The notes under the pieces are model-generated. The model did no database searches. It was not told where the DNA came from and saw only the letters and a program-made list of their open reading frames with translations. Positions 7,101 to 14,449 of a DNA stretch of 14,449 nucleotides are shown here, piece by piece. The translations under genes and the position numbers were made by a program. This DNA is from Fibrobacteria bacterium (GTDB taxonomy: Bacteria > Fibrobacterota > Chitinivibrionia > Chitinivibrionales > FEN-1185), in the NCBI GenBank assembly GCA_037447435.1, contig JBBIGR010000071.1, forward strand, positions 1 through 14,449, read 5' to 3'. How positions within the stretch are numbered: position 1 is the first letter of the stretch; each line of letters starts with the position of its first letter.

Positions 7101-8638
7101 CATTGACATTGACCATTCCGTCGAGCTACGTGACGCAAGATAACGGCGTGCGCGCCATTTTAACGACCACCGACGGCGTCTTTTGCGATACTACGGTATT
7201 GTCGCGTTCGGTGTATCGCGACGGTTCGGATATAGCATTTACCGAAGAGAACAAATGGACTCCTTTGGGAATAACCGCCGATCTCGACACGCCCGATGCA
7301 CGCAAGGTGCTGCGCGATTTGCCCGGCGATAATGTGTCGTGGAAATACGATAACACTAAATTCAGGGTGTTTCGCTGTATGTCCGATTCCGCAAGCAGCG
7401 GATTCAAATGGCTGGAATACGGAGATTCCATACGCAATCTGTTTGATTTTGTTCGCGGAAATATCGTATGGGTAAAATCGGATTCCAAACGTACCGTGCA
7501 TTACGGATCAGCCAAATCGCCGTCGCTCAAAGCAAATTACAGCCTTAAAATTGCGCCGAAATCGTTTGCGGATTTTTCCATGCCGTTTAAGTTCGATGTA
7601 ACGGTGGGCGATATCGTTGCGGCAAGCATGCCGCAAAGCCCGGACCTCGACAGTTTGGCTTTTTACGAATGGAGAAAAATTGATAAGAGTTCGCAATATA
7701 AATCCACGCTCGTGTATTTGAGTATTTCCGGTGATAATCTGGTGAAAAACCGGGCATATCCCATTGCGGTTGCGGCTGGCGGATATACGGTTTACAATCC
7801 GACGCAAGACACGGTAACGCTTGCGGTTCCGCCGATTCCCGTTGCCATGTCTTTGCTTGGAAAGCTGCAGAAAAAAGCAAGCGACCCGAGCGGCTGGTCG
7901 ATAACCGTTGTCGCAAACGGGGAAGACGGTACCGAAATAAATCGCGTATATTGCGGCTATACAAAAGCGAAAACGTCGCAGGTCACTTATTATCCGCTTG
8001 CACCCGGTTTCGGCGATGCGAATGTGGCGATTACGACGCAGGGATCGGACCGATTGTACGGCAATGCAATAACGCATACCGTGATAAAGGGAGGATATTC
8101 TTATTTATTGGTATTCGGTAACAATGGAAATTCGGCAAAATCGATACGGTATCATCTTGAGAATTCGACGGGATTGGACAAAGGATTAAATGCCGTACTG
8201 TATGATGCGAATACCGGTTCCTATGCTCCTACGCAAGGTTTGGTCCGTGTCGGGCCGAATTCGAAAGAATATCGTTGGTTATTGGTAGGGGACGCGTCGT
8301 ATTTATCTAAGGCAAGAATCCTTGCGACTAAAAGCGAGCTTACGTTTATAGGTACGTATCCCAATCCCTTCAAATCCGCATTCAGAATACTCTTTAATCT
8401 TCCGATAAGCGGTGTCAATACGGTGAAATTTACCATGTACGATCTGCGCGGCAGGACCGTATGGACGCGCTCCATTTCCGCAAATGCAGTATTCGGACAA
8501 TCGGAAATTACCTGGAAAGGCGAGAATAAAACCGATACTAAACTTGGTGCAGGATTGTATTTCCTGCGAATGACCGCATTCGATATGCGGAACAATCAAA
8601 TCGGGACATTCGACAAAAAGTTGACCTGCATCCCTTAA
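4163..8638 (+). CDS. Large secreted multidomain protein: signal peptide, DUF2341, LamG/ConA-like, two Ig (I-set-like), FN3-like domains, uncharacterised beta-rich region, C-terminal FlgD-Ig/T9SS type-A-like sorting domain
   Basis: 1491 aa. GKDIRFT...QIERWD...AEIWVK...IYMFWGN (DUF2341); VGVWHL...TVSAWI...WNYVTGT...IYVNG...FNGLVDEVR...RSADWI (LamG); PVITSSPSDQ...YFWQ...DTGTKFRC and PAPQYVWKKNG...DSGTYAV (Ig); C-terminal YPNPF...YDLRGRTV...WKG...GAGLYFLR. Confidence 0.92.
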   Translation: MKFLLLKYKRCSIMIVLAGVLFWHNAKCADDYSQWSYAAKVMLNTSSGGANVAGNQTGFPVLIRLTSANFKFTQSFSGKDIRFTKSDGITHIPYQIERWDNTKNLAEIWVKTDVTGNNNSQWIYMFWGNAAAADSSKGNAVFDTANGFVGVWHLSDASGNATDATANKFVGAPSGTIAYSQSGDVAFSNKLNGDSSYFDAGTNTKLQMNAKNKVTVSAWINRNGANKSGSVWEGIAGKYKWSGYNAREYQLYNLSNMGLGFIVSSDGTSATETQCNSNFLPANGDWNYVTGTMDAADMFIYVNGIQANSIAKTTVYGSTTAHFKVGRMEDDGAGQRQYFNGLVDEVRLENVARSADWIKLCYQSQVSSSSWLTLSTTTDTMPVITSSPSDQSISANQTVSFTVNATGGNLVYFWQRSSNGTTWNNASGTNTSPVYSFSATLSDTGTKFRCFVMNGKGKDTSATATLKFLRNEAPVITSMTPSAATTINEGDILTLSISATGNPAPQYVWKKNGTALSGNGANTNIYSKTATVSDSGTYAVTVQNSVDTVQSADVKIVIKPNVVRPANPIKLQAHAFSSNQIRLTWNTISSSNPERIIIWYRKNVAIDTVADVTAWNLDSLVPASLADTVLISDKFSEKTRYYFGAQIFKSGLWTQITTASSANDSTPDAVARIDSNTVHLAKPIFDTLSNQIKLSWRVNRVVGNNLDIGISYSKNAMPTSDTSAQQIIQVKDSVGSAVLKLWEDISFNTTYYIALWLRNSVNGKWTAPTKYSSDSVKTPPYTWQSVLYFTKAKDTVYAFNRSIRLLNEYGDVSYTTNKLIAVLAPSSITATFSVISSGVEFATKDRGAPFYIGFKADSLPAGKSIKNIRIYQDSLGFMKVMRDSIFYDMVNGYVSVRTNNLDFPLFAMIDNTKPAHTILSHGLDAPVIAGVSVVDTVIIRDNIANLSWSYFFGRGGENFDTAYSSQNKLKNNVLSDTSATLTLTIPSSYVTQDNGVRAILTTTDGVFCDTTVLSRSVYRDGSDIAFTEENKWTPLGITADLDTPDARKVLRDLPGDNVSWKYDNTKFRVFRCMSDSASSGFKWLEYGDSIRNLFDFVRGNIVWVKSDSKRTVHYGSAKSPSLKANYSLKIAPKSFADFSMPFKFDVTVGDIVAASMPQSPDLDSLAFYEWRKIDKSSQYKSTLVYLSISGDNLVKNRAYPIAVAAGGYTVYNPTQDTVTLAVPPIPVAMSLLGKLQKKASDPSGWSITVVANGEDGTEINRVYCGYTKAKTSQVTYYPLAPGFGDANVAITTQGSDRLYGNAITHTVIKGGYSYLLVFGNNGNSAKSIRYHLENSTGLDKGLNAVLYDANTGSYAPTQGLVRVGPNSKEYRWLLVGDASYLSKARILATKSELTFIGTYPNPFKSAFRILFNLPISGVNTVKFTMYDLRGRTVWTRSISANAVFGQSEITWKGENKTDTKLGAGLYFLRMTAFDMRNNQIGTFDKKLTCIP

Positions 8639-8672
8639 TGCGATGGTTTTCGGGGATTTTCTTTATCGAAGC

Positions 8673-9065
8673 TTAGAAAATGATTTCGTCTATTACGTTA
8701 TAGAGAATTCCGATAAATAAATAGGTCTCGAAATGTTCGACTTGTAAAATTATCACGTTATCTTGATCGATGACCTCAGTATCGGGTGTTGCGGTTTTTC
8801 GAAAATCGAAAACCGGCAGGACTTTTCCGCCAAATTCAATGGAACCGCATTTCTGAAATTCATCTTTTTTAAAATCATTCCAAAGAATTTCGGCGGTCCG
8901 GCGTAATTCGACGACCTTGATTATTTTAAAAAACAGACGGTTGTTTTCTATTTGCAGCCAGGTGTATTTGTTGACAAGTTGGCAATTGGCGGCTTTCAAT
9001 TGCGATTTTATTTCATCGGACGACGGCGGTGTTTTAAAGAGGTGAGACGTTTCTACGTTCGGCAT
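8673..9065 (-). CDS. Divergent, C-terminally short CheW-like protein
   Basis: KYTWLQI...FKIIKVVEL...GSIEFGGKVLPVFDFR...VIILQV...IGILYNVIDEI parallels the CheW pattern (G.iNlRG.viPv.Dlr ... GllVD.V.eV). RBS AGGGAG favours ATG 9065 over TTG 9068. Confidence 0.75.
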   Translation of the reverse strand: MPNVETSHLFKTPPSSDEIKSQLKAANCQLVNKYTWLQIENNRLFFKIIKVVELRRTAEILWNDFKKDEFQKCGSIEFGGKVLPVFDFRKTATPDTEVIDQDNVIILQVEHFETYLFIGILYNVIDEIIF

Positions 9066-9156
9066 CAATTACTCCCTGTTGAAAAGTGGCTTTTTAATGA
9101 TACCAATAATAATTATATGTTTCAATGTTTTTTTTAGAATTATAATATTGTTTTAG

Positions 9157-9185
9157 TTGTCGATTCCAGTATAGTATAATATGAT
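9157..9185 (+). promoter_or_regulatory. Sigma70-type promoter for the membrane hybrid kinase
   Basis: TTGTCG (9157-9162), 17-nt spacer, TATGAT (9180-9185); an overlapping TATAAT at 9175-9180. Confidence 0.4.
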
Positions 9186-9224
9186 TACTATTTATCGCAT
9201 TTGACGTTCATTGGGAGAGATTCA

Positions 9225-11405
9225 ATGGCTTTTTTCACCCTGTCGTATCTTGTCGTTAGCGTTATTTTAGCAATGCTTGCGGTGTTTATAATTTTCCGGG
9301 ATTCCAAAAGCAATTTTAACCGGGTGATTTTTTTCTATCTTGCGTCAATAGCGTTTGCGTGTTTCTGCCAATTCGGATTCAATTGTGCGACCAATGTCGC
9401 AGACGGCGCATTCTGGTTAAAAGCTTCGAGCATAATTCCCATTATTCCCGCCCTGTACATTCATTTTATTTATCTCCATGTTAAAAAGCACAAGGACTAT
9501 TCATATCATTATGCGGTGTATTTGCCGGCTTTGTTTTTTATTGCAGTAAGTTTTGCATCCAACGCAATAACCGGAACCGCCTTTATGAAGCCGAACGGGA
9601 CATTGGGACAAAGTCATCATCTTACCATTATCAATGCCGCATTTTACTTGTGGTCTCTCGGTATTGTCGCGATATCGTGCATATGGACGATACGATTTTT
9701 CCGCACGCCTTCCGATTCTAAGAACGAAACCGGGATAAAACGATTTTTATTCGTTTTGGCGATATTATCCATATTGACAATTGTTGCACGGATGTTGTCC
9801 CAATTGTATTTCCATAGCAATTCGCCGTTTTTGGAATTGTTTTTTATCGTGGCAATCGCGGTTTATCAAACCTACGGCGTTTTAAGTCATAAAATGACAA
9901 TGCCTTCGCTTGAAAATGCTTCGGAAGAAATTCTGCGGCTCATGCCGGAAGCGCTTTTTATCCTGTCGACACGAAATGAAATCGTGAAAGTGAATCATGC
10001 GGCATTAAAACTGTTAAGCTTGAAAACCGACGATGTGATGTACATGAATATCGAGCATTTTTTCAAATCATCGGAATCCGGAGAAGTACTTTCAAAAAAG
10101 GAAGTGGCCGGCCTTCCGTATATCGAGGAAAAGGAAGCCATGGTCCGAAAACCCGACGGTTCCGTATTTCCCGTAATCGTATCGAAAACGCTTATTCATG
10201 ATAGTCGGGACAATGAAATAGGAAGCATTCTCGTGGCGCGCGATCTGACAATGCGTAAAAAATTCGAATCCGAAATCGCAAACGTTCAAAAATTCAAGAC
10301 GGTCGGCACATTGGCAGCGGGAATCGCACATGATTTGAATAATTATATGACCAGTATCATGCTCAATATCTCAATGGCCAAATTGACAAAAGATGAGCCG
10401 GATCATTTCGATAATGCCATTAAAACCGCGGAAAAGGCCACTTTTTTGGCGTCGGATTTAGCAGGACAATTATTATCGTATGTTAAAGAACGCGAACCAA
10501 TAAAAAAGCCCATCAATTTGCCCGAGTTCATAAAGCATTCAATAGATTTAGGTATGAAAGGGTCTTCTCTTACCTATGATTTATTCGTGGAGCCCGACCT
10601 TTCGCCGGTTTGCATCGACGCCGGTCAGATGTCACAGGTTTTCATGAACATAATCCTCAACGCGCGTCAGGCAATGCCGCGCGGCGGGAAAATTTCAATT
10701 GTCTGTAAAAATGTCGTTACATCCATGGACAGCGGGGCAGATAACAAAAACGGCAGCTTTGTTTCCATAAGCATTCAAGATTTCGGCCAAGGCATTTCCA
10801 AGGAAAATTTGCCGAAAATATTCGAGCCGTTTTTTACAACCAAAGAATCCGGTTCCGGATTGGGCCTTGCCATATGCAAATCGATCATTCAGAAACACGG
10901 CGGCACCATCGATGTATCATCCCGGGAAAATATGGGCACAACGGTGACGATTTTGCTTCCTGTATGCGAGCAGCCCATCGAGCCGTCTATTGTCAATAAT
11001 CACGAAATCAAACAAGGCAGCGGTAGAATTTTGGTAATGGACGACGAACAAATGGTACGCGATTCCTGCAGCGAAATATTGGACATGTACGGCTACGAAG
11101 TCGAACTGGCAAAAGACGGGGGAGAAGCGATACAAAAATATTTGTATGCGATGCAGAATAAGACGCCGTTTAATTTCGTGATTTTGGATTTGACCGTATG
11201 TAACGGTTTGAATGCGAAAGATGCGATAAAACGGCTTAAGGAATTGGACCCAAGTATAAAAGCGATAGTGAGTTCCGGATATCGTGAAGATCCGGTAATT
11301 TCCAATTATAAAGATTATGGATTCGTCGGCGTCTTGCCCAAGCCGTATTCGATAAAAGAATTCATGCAGGTATTTTCAATTACCAATCCCCAGAAATGGA
11401 ATTAA
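9225..11405 (+). CDS. Membrane hybrid sensor histidine kinase: HisKA_7TM-like N-terminus, PAS, HisKA, HATPase_c, REC (CckA-like)
   Basis: About seven hydrophobic helices in the first ~225 aa; PAS (MPEALFIL...VNHAA...KPDGSVFPV...VARDLT); H-box GIAHDLNN; N-box QVFMNIILNARQAM; G boxes DFGQG, FEPFFTTK, GSGLGL; REC VMDDE...ILDLT...SSGY...KPY. RBS GGGAGAG at 9213-9219 supports ATG 9225 over TTG 9201. Confidence 0.95.
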   Translation: MAFFTLSYLVVSVILAMLAVFIIFRDSKSNFNRVIFFYLASIAFACFCQFGFNCATNVADGAFWLKASSIIPIIPALYIHFIYLHVKKHKDYSYHYAVYLPALFFIAVSFASNAITGTAFMKPNGTLGQSHHLTIINAAFYLWSLGIVAISCIWTIRFFRTPSDSKNETGIKRFLFVLAILSILTIVARMLSQLYFHSNSPFLELFFIVAIAVYQTYGVLSHKMTMPSLENASEEILRLMPEALFILSTRNEIVKVNHAALKLLSLKTDDVMYMNIEHFFKSSESGEVLSKKEVAGLPYIEEKEAMVRKPDGSVFPVIVSKTLIHDSRDNEIGSILVARDLTMRKKFESEIANVQKFKTVGTLAAGIAHDLNNYMTSIMLNISMAKLTKDEPDHFDNAIKTAEKATFLASDLAGQLLSYVKEREPIKKPINLPEFIKHSIDLGMKGSSLTYDLFVEPDLSPVCIDAGQMSQVFMNIILNARQAMPRGGKISIVCKNVVTSMDSGADNKNGSFVSISIQDFGQGISKENLPKIFEPFFTTKESGSGLGLAICKSIIQKHGGTIDVSSRENMGTTVTILLPVCEQPIEPSIVNNHEIKQGSGRILVMDDEQMVRDSCSEILDMYGYEVELAKDGGEAIQKYLYAMQNKTPFNFVILDLTVCNGLNAKDAIKRLKELDPSIKAIVSSGYREDPVISNYKDYGFVGVLPKPYSIKEFMQVFSITNPQKWN

Positions 11406-11646
11406 CGTACAGACGCAGTAATACTGCGCGTACGGATAAAATTGGGATTCATATAATTTCGGAATCAATATTATATTCATTGTAGAGACGCAGTATACCT
11501 GCGTCTCCAATTTAAATCCCCATTCATCCATTGTATTTCCATTTCAGAAATTTCATACATAATTGGATAATTGTAGAGACGTAGGATTTAATTGTAGAGA
11601 CGTAGCGCGCTACGTCTCTACTGATATTTAATTCTGATATTTAATT
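11406..11646. repeat. Cluster of GTAG-family REP-like palindromes with local tandem duplications
   Basis: 11406-11434 (CGTACAGACGCAGTAATACTGCGCGTACG); 11482-11507 (GTAGAGACGCAG-TATAC-CTGCGTCTC); half copy within the 17-bp direct repeat TAATTGTAGAGACGTAG (11568-11584 and 11589-11605); perfect 28-bp palindrome GTAGAGACGTAGCGCGCTACGTCTCTAC (11594-11621); 13-bp tandem CTGATATTTAATT x2 (11621-11646). Confidence 0.85.
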
Positions 11647-11745
11647 CCGGATTTCCATAATATAGGAAATTAAAATTCCCAAAATTGAGAAAATAGAATC
11701 TAATTAGGCGTTAATTAATTTAATACTAATGATTACCAATTTTAA

Positions 11746-11815
11746 CCCTCACTCCTTAACCCCCATTCCCCTTTTCCCCTCTCCCACTAATGGGGAGAGG
11801 GGCCAGAGGTGAGGG
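11746..11815. repeat. Second REP-like element class (CCCTCAC...CCCCTCTCCC-loop-GGGAGAGGGG...GTGAGGG)
   Basis: Inner 10-bp stem 11776-11785/11793-11802; outer arms CCCTCAC 11746-11752 and GTGAGGG 11809-11815. Confidence 0.75.
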
Positions 11816-11828
11816 ATATTATTTAATT

Positions 11829-11844
11829 AGGCACGATGTTTGCA
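11829..11844 (+). promoter_or_regulatory. Sigma54 (-24/-12) promoter for the small membrane protein gene
   Basis: AGGCACGATGTTTGCA, i.e. GGCACG-N4-TTGCA, near-perfect consensus, 45 nt upstream of ATG 11890. Confidence 0.8.
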
Positions 11845-11889
11845 TTTCTGGTAAGCTACAATGATATACAACAATTTTTAGGAGGTTTT

Positions 11890-12315
11890 ATGAAAGTGCT
11901 TCAGATGCTCGCAATTGCCGTTCTTGTTATTGCCGGTTCTTCTTCTGCTAAACTTCAGCATGGTTGGAAGGGTGCCGTGCATCTTTCGGCAGTGCCTTTT
12001 ATCGCCGCGACCGGGATTTATTCGGACGTGCAAATTTTAAATACCGCGGATAGGGACTTTACAAAAGCAGGTGCCATAACAAATCTAGCACTTTTGGGCA
12101 TTCAGGCGAGTTTGGGAGCAACAATACTATTTGGCGACGATCAGTCGCCGACAATCCGAATGATTCATCATTTTGTCGGAGCTGCGGTCATTGCATCGGC
12201 AATTTGGATCAGCGTGCAAGGCGCGCGTGATCCGGGCGTTGCAAATCTTACGAATAATATCTCATATACGCATACGGCCCTGGCAACGGCACCGCTGCTG
12301 CTTTTTACGTTTTAA
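11890..12315 (+). CDS. Small membrane protein (141 aa): signal peptide plus about four hydrophobic helices with intramembrane histidines; function unknown
   Basis: AGGAGG at 11880-11885 supports ATG 11890 rather than 11836. Signal peptide MKVLQMLAIAVLVIAGSSSA; helices AVHLSAVPFIAATG, NLALLGIQASLGATILF, MIHHFVGAAVIASAIWI, YTHTALATAPLLLFTF. Confidence 0.85.
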   Translation: MKVLQMLAIAVLVIAGSSSAKLQHGWKGAVHLSAVPFIAATGIYSDVQILNTADRDFTKAGAITNLALLGIQASLGATILFGDDQSPTIRMIHHFVGAAVIASAIWISVQGARDPGVANLTNNISYTHTALATAPLLLFTF

Positions 12316-12326
12316 TTAGATACGCC

Positions 12327-12440
12327 CGTAGAGACGCCCAAATTGGGCGTCTGGAAAATGCGGCAATTTCGGGTATCAGACGATTAATCGCCCATATCGT
12401 AGAGACGCCCAAATTGGGCGTCTCTACAGGCGTCTTTACG
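12327..12440. repeat. REP doublet (GTAG family) between convergent genes; may also act as a terminator or mRNA stabiliser
   Basis: 26-bp direct repeat CGTAGAGACGCCCAAATTGGGCGTCT at 12327-12352 and 12398-12423; full palindrome GTAGAGACGCCCAA-A-TTGGGCGTCTCTAC at 12399-12427; degenerate half copy GGCGTCTTTAC at 12429-12439. Confidence 0.85.
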
Positions 12441-14297
12441 TTATTGATTGGGTTTTACATGTTTGTTCAGGATTTCGGATAAATCCCCAGTCGTAAAAGG
12501 CTTACAGATACTTGCGGTAAAACCGTATTTTTCGGGCCTGGACATTATAGGGTCGTCCGCATAGCCGCTTGTCACAAAAACCGGTATTTCCGAATCGAGT
12601 TTACGAATTTCCGTTATAGTTTCTTTACCGCCCAAGCCGCCGGGAATCGTCAGGTCTAAAATCATTCCGGCCATTTTTCGGTTGCCTTTGATTTCGGCTG
12701 TCAAAAAGTCTATCGTGTCTTTACCGTTAACTCTACATACTACACTATATCCGAATGTTTCCAGCATTTGACCCATAGCGTCACGAATCACCTCTTCATC
12801 GTCCATGATTAAAAACCTGCCTCTGCCATGGTGCATTTTTGCCGCGATCTGTGCGGGGGATGGCGCGTCGTCTTTTACTGCGGGAAGATAAATATGGAAA
12901 GTGCATCCTTTGCCGGGCTCCGATTCGACTTCGATGCAACCTCCATGACGTTTGACGATGGAATAACAGGTTGTAAGACCGAGCCCGTGTCCGGTCGCTT
13001 TTGTCGTATAAAACGGATCGAATATACGCGGCAGAATTTCTTTGGGAATGCCGATGCCGTAATCTTTTATCGATATCCCGACATAATCGCCATCCTTTAA
13101 CGAGGGAATCTTTGTGCCCTCGGACGGTATGGTAATATTCCGGGCGGTCAATTCGAGTGCGCCGCCGTCGGACATCGCCTGCTTTGCGTTGATGACGATA
13201 TTATCGATAACTTGACTTATTTGATTTTTATCGAAATTGCATTTCCAGAGATTGTCCGGCAGGTCGAATTTGGATAAAACGTTCGATCCGCTCAAGGCAA
13301 AATGGACTGTTTCCCGTATGAACGGAATGAGGTTTTCGATTTTCATAATCGGGGCGCCGCCCTTTGCGAAGGTCAATAATTGACGCGTCAGACCGCGGGC
13401 CCTGTCGATGGTATGCAATGCTTTGGTGAGATTGAGAACGGCTTTGTGGTCTTTAATTTCTTCCAAGGCCAAATCGATGTAGCCGAATATGCCGCCCATC
13501 AAATTGTTGAAATCGTGGGCTATTCCACCGGCCAAAAGCCCTAGGGAATCAAGTTTTTGCGCTTTAAGCAACTCGTTTTCAGTGCGTTTACGTTCCGTAA
13601 TATCGCGCGCAAAACCGTTGATATACTCTTTATCGCCATAGATACAGTACGTTGATGCGATTTCTACCGGAAACTCGGATCCGTCTTTGCGACGATGAAT
13701 GGATTCCGACGTGTACTTTTTTTTCGAGCGAATGGTTTCCCAAACTTCAGCCCATTTTTCCTTGCCGGCAAGGGGATTGATATCAAAAACATGCATTTGC
13801 AGTAATTCTTCCAGCGTATAGCCCAATATGGAACATCCGCTGGAATTTACATACACGAAACGGCCGTCGGCATCCATCCAATACACGCTGTCGGAAGCGA
13901 CTTCTATGGCGGCTTTGAACAATTCCAATTGTTCTTCAGCGTGTTTTTGATCGGTAATGTCATGCAGAATGGAAAATAGGAGCGTATTTCCATTCAGTTT
14001 AATGGGATTAGAAAAGACTTCAACGTCCCGTAATGTTCCATCGGCCAGCCGATGTTTAAAAATGAATCTGCTTTGCTTTTCCGAAGAACCCTTTTTCAAA
14101 TTTTGCTTAATATCTTCTTTGGGCAAGATATTGATATCCGCAATATTTTTACTGCACAATTCGGAATGGTTCCAACCGTAAAATGCGCAGGCTGCATTAT
14201 TGACATCTTTAATATCGCCGGTATGAGGATCGATCAACAGCATGACCGATAAATTGTCATTAAAAAGTGTTTGGAATTGAGTTGTATTTTCCAGCAT
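12441..14297 (-). CDS. Cytoplasmic hybrid sensor histidine kinase: PAS-PAS-HisKA-HATPase_c-REC
   Basis: 618 aa with no TM segment. PAS motifs VNNAACAFYGW...HRLADGTLRDVEV...HDIT and VNSSGCSILGYT...HRRKDGSEFPVEI...RDIT; H-box GGIAHDFNN; QVIDNIVINAKQAM; DYGIG, FDPFYTTK, GHGLGL; REC IMDDE...ILDLTIPGG...TSGY...KPF. Confidence 0.96.
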   Translation of the reverse strand: MLENTTQFQTLFNDNLSVMLLIDPHTGDIKDVNNAACAFYGWNHSELCSKNIADINILPKEDIKQNLKKGSSEKQSRFIFKHRLADGTLRDVEVFSNPIKLNGNTLLFSILHDITDQKHAEEQLELFKAAIEVASDSVYWMDADGRFVYVNSSGCSILGYTLEELLQMHVFDINPLAGKEKWAEVWETIRSKKKYTSESIHRRKDGSEFPVEIASTYCIYGDKEYINGFARDITERKRTENELLKAQKLDSLGLLAGGIAHDFNNLMGGIFGYIDLALEEIKDHKAVLNLTKALHTIDRARGLTRQLLTFAKGGAPIMKIENLIPFIRETVHFALSGSNVLSKFDLPDNLWKCNFDKNQISQVIDNIVINAKQAMSDGGALELTARNITIPSEGTKIPSLKDGDYVGISIKDYGIGIPKEILPRIFDPFYTTKATGHGLGLTTCYSIVKRHGGCIEVESEPGKGCTFHIYLPAVKDDAPSPAQIAAKMHHGRGRFLIMDDEEVIRDAMGQMLETFGYSVVCRVNGKDTIDFLTAEIKGNRKMAGMILDLTIPGGLGGKETITEIRKLDSEIPVFVTSGYADDPIMSRPEKYGFTASICKPFTTGDLSEILNKHVKPNQ

Positions 14298-14449
14298 ATT
14301 GTTCCCTGATATGCGGATAGGCCAAGCGGGACTCTTGAAAAAACGATCGGATTATTATAAGCCTTACTAAACAATCTTTTTTAATATAATAATAGTATCC
14401 CGCCGTTTCTGAGATCATGTCCGTTTTCCCGGTTTAATTAAACTAAATT

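Noticed and set aside
4444..8599. Many 60-190 aa alternative-frame and antisense ORFs inside the large gene
   Set aside because: Fully overlapped by a well-supported multidomain CDS and show no recognisable motifs; shadow ORFs.
11836..11889. Longer start (ATG 11836) for the small membrane protein
   Set aside because: It lies inside the sigma54 promoter; ATG 11890 has AGGAGG and opens a clean signal peptide.
12327..12427. Two 26-bp direct repeats with a 45-bp spacer, resembling a mini CRISPR array
   Set aside because: Only two units, each a long self-palindrome of the GTAG-REP type with variants at 11406-11621; no cas genes or leader.
10092..14252. Antisense ORFs within the two kinase genes
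   Set aside because: Typical antisense shadows of HATPase/PAS coding sequence; no independent evidence.

Overview
Bacterial genomic DNA with no rRNA, tRNA, CRISPR or transposase. Left to right: (i) an AT-rich block (1-~2340) encoding a small single-TM protein and a signal-peptide/TPR protein split by an apparent +1 frameshift at ~974; the two proteins share a 22-aa beta-strand-like motif resembling bacterial amyloid signalling motifs. (ii) A minus-strand DUF6261-like protein behind a sigma54-type promoter. (iii) A 1491-aa secreted protein (DUF2341-LamG-Ig-Ig-FN3-like ... C-terminal FlgD-Ig/T9SS-type sorting domain); this architecture suggests a Fibrobacterota/Chitinivibrionia-like host (inference). 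(iv) An orphan, truncated CheW-like gene. (v) Two inward-facing hybrid histidine kinases (7TM-PAS-HK-REC and PAS-PAS-HK-REC) enclosing a sigma54-driven, His-containing four-helix membrane protein flanked by GTAG-type REP palindromes. The two ends of the window carry a degenerate inverted repeat. All family assignments are by-eye motif recognition, not database searches.
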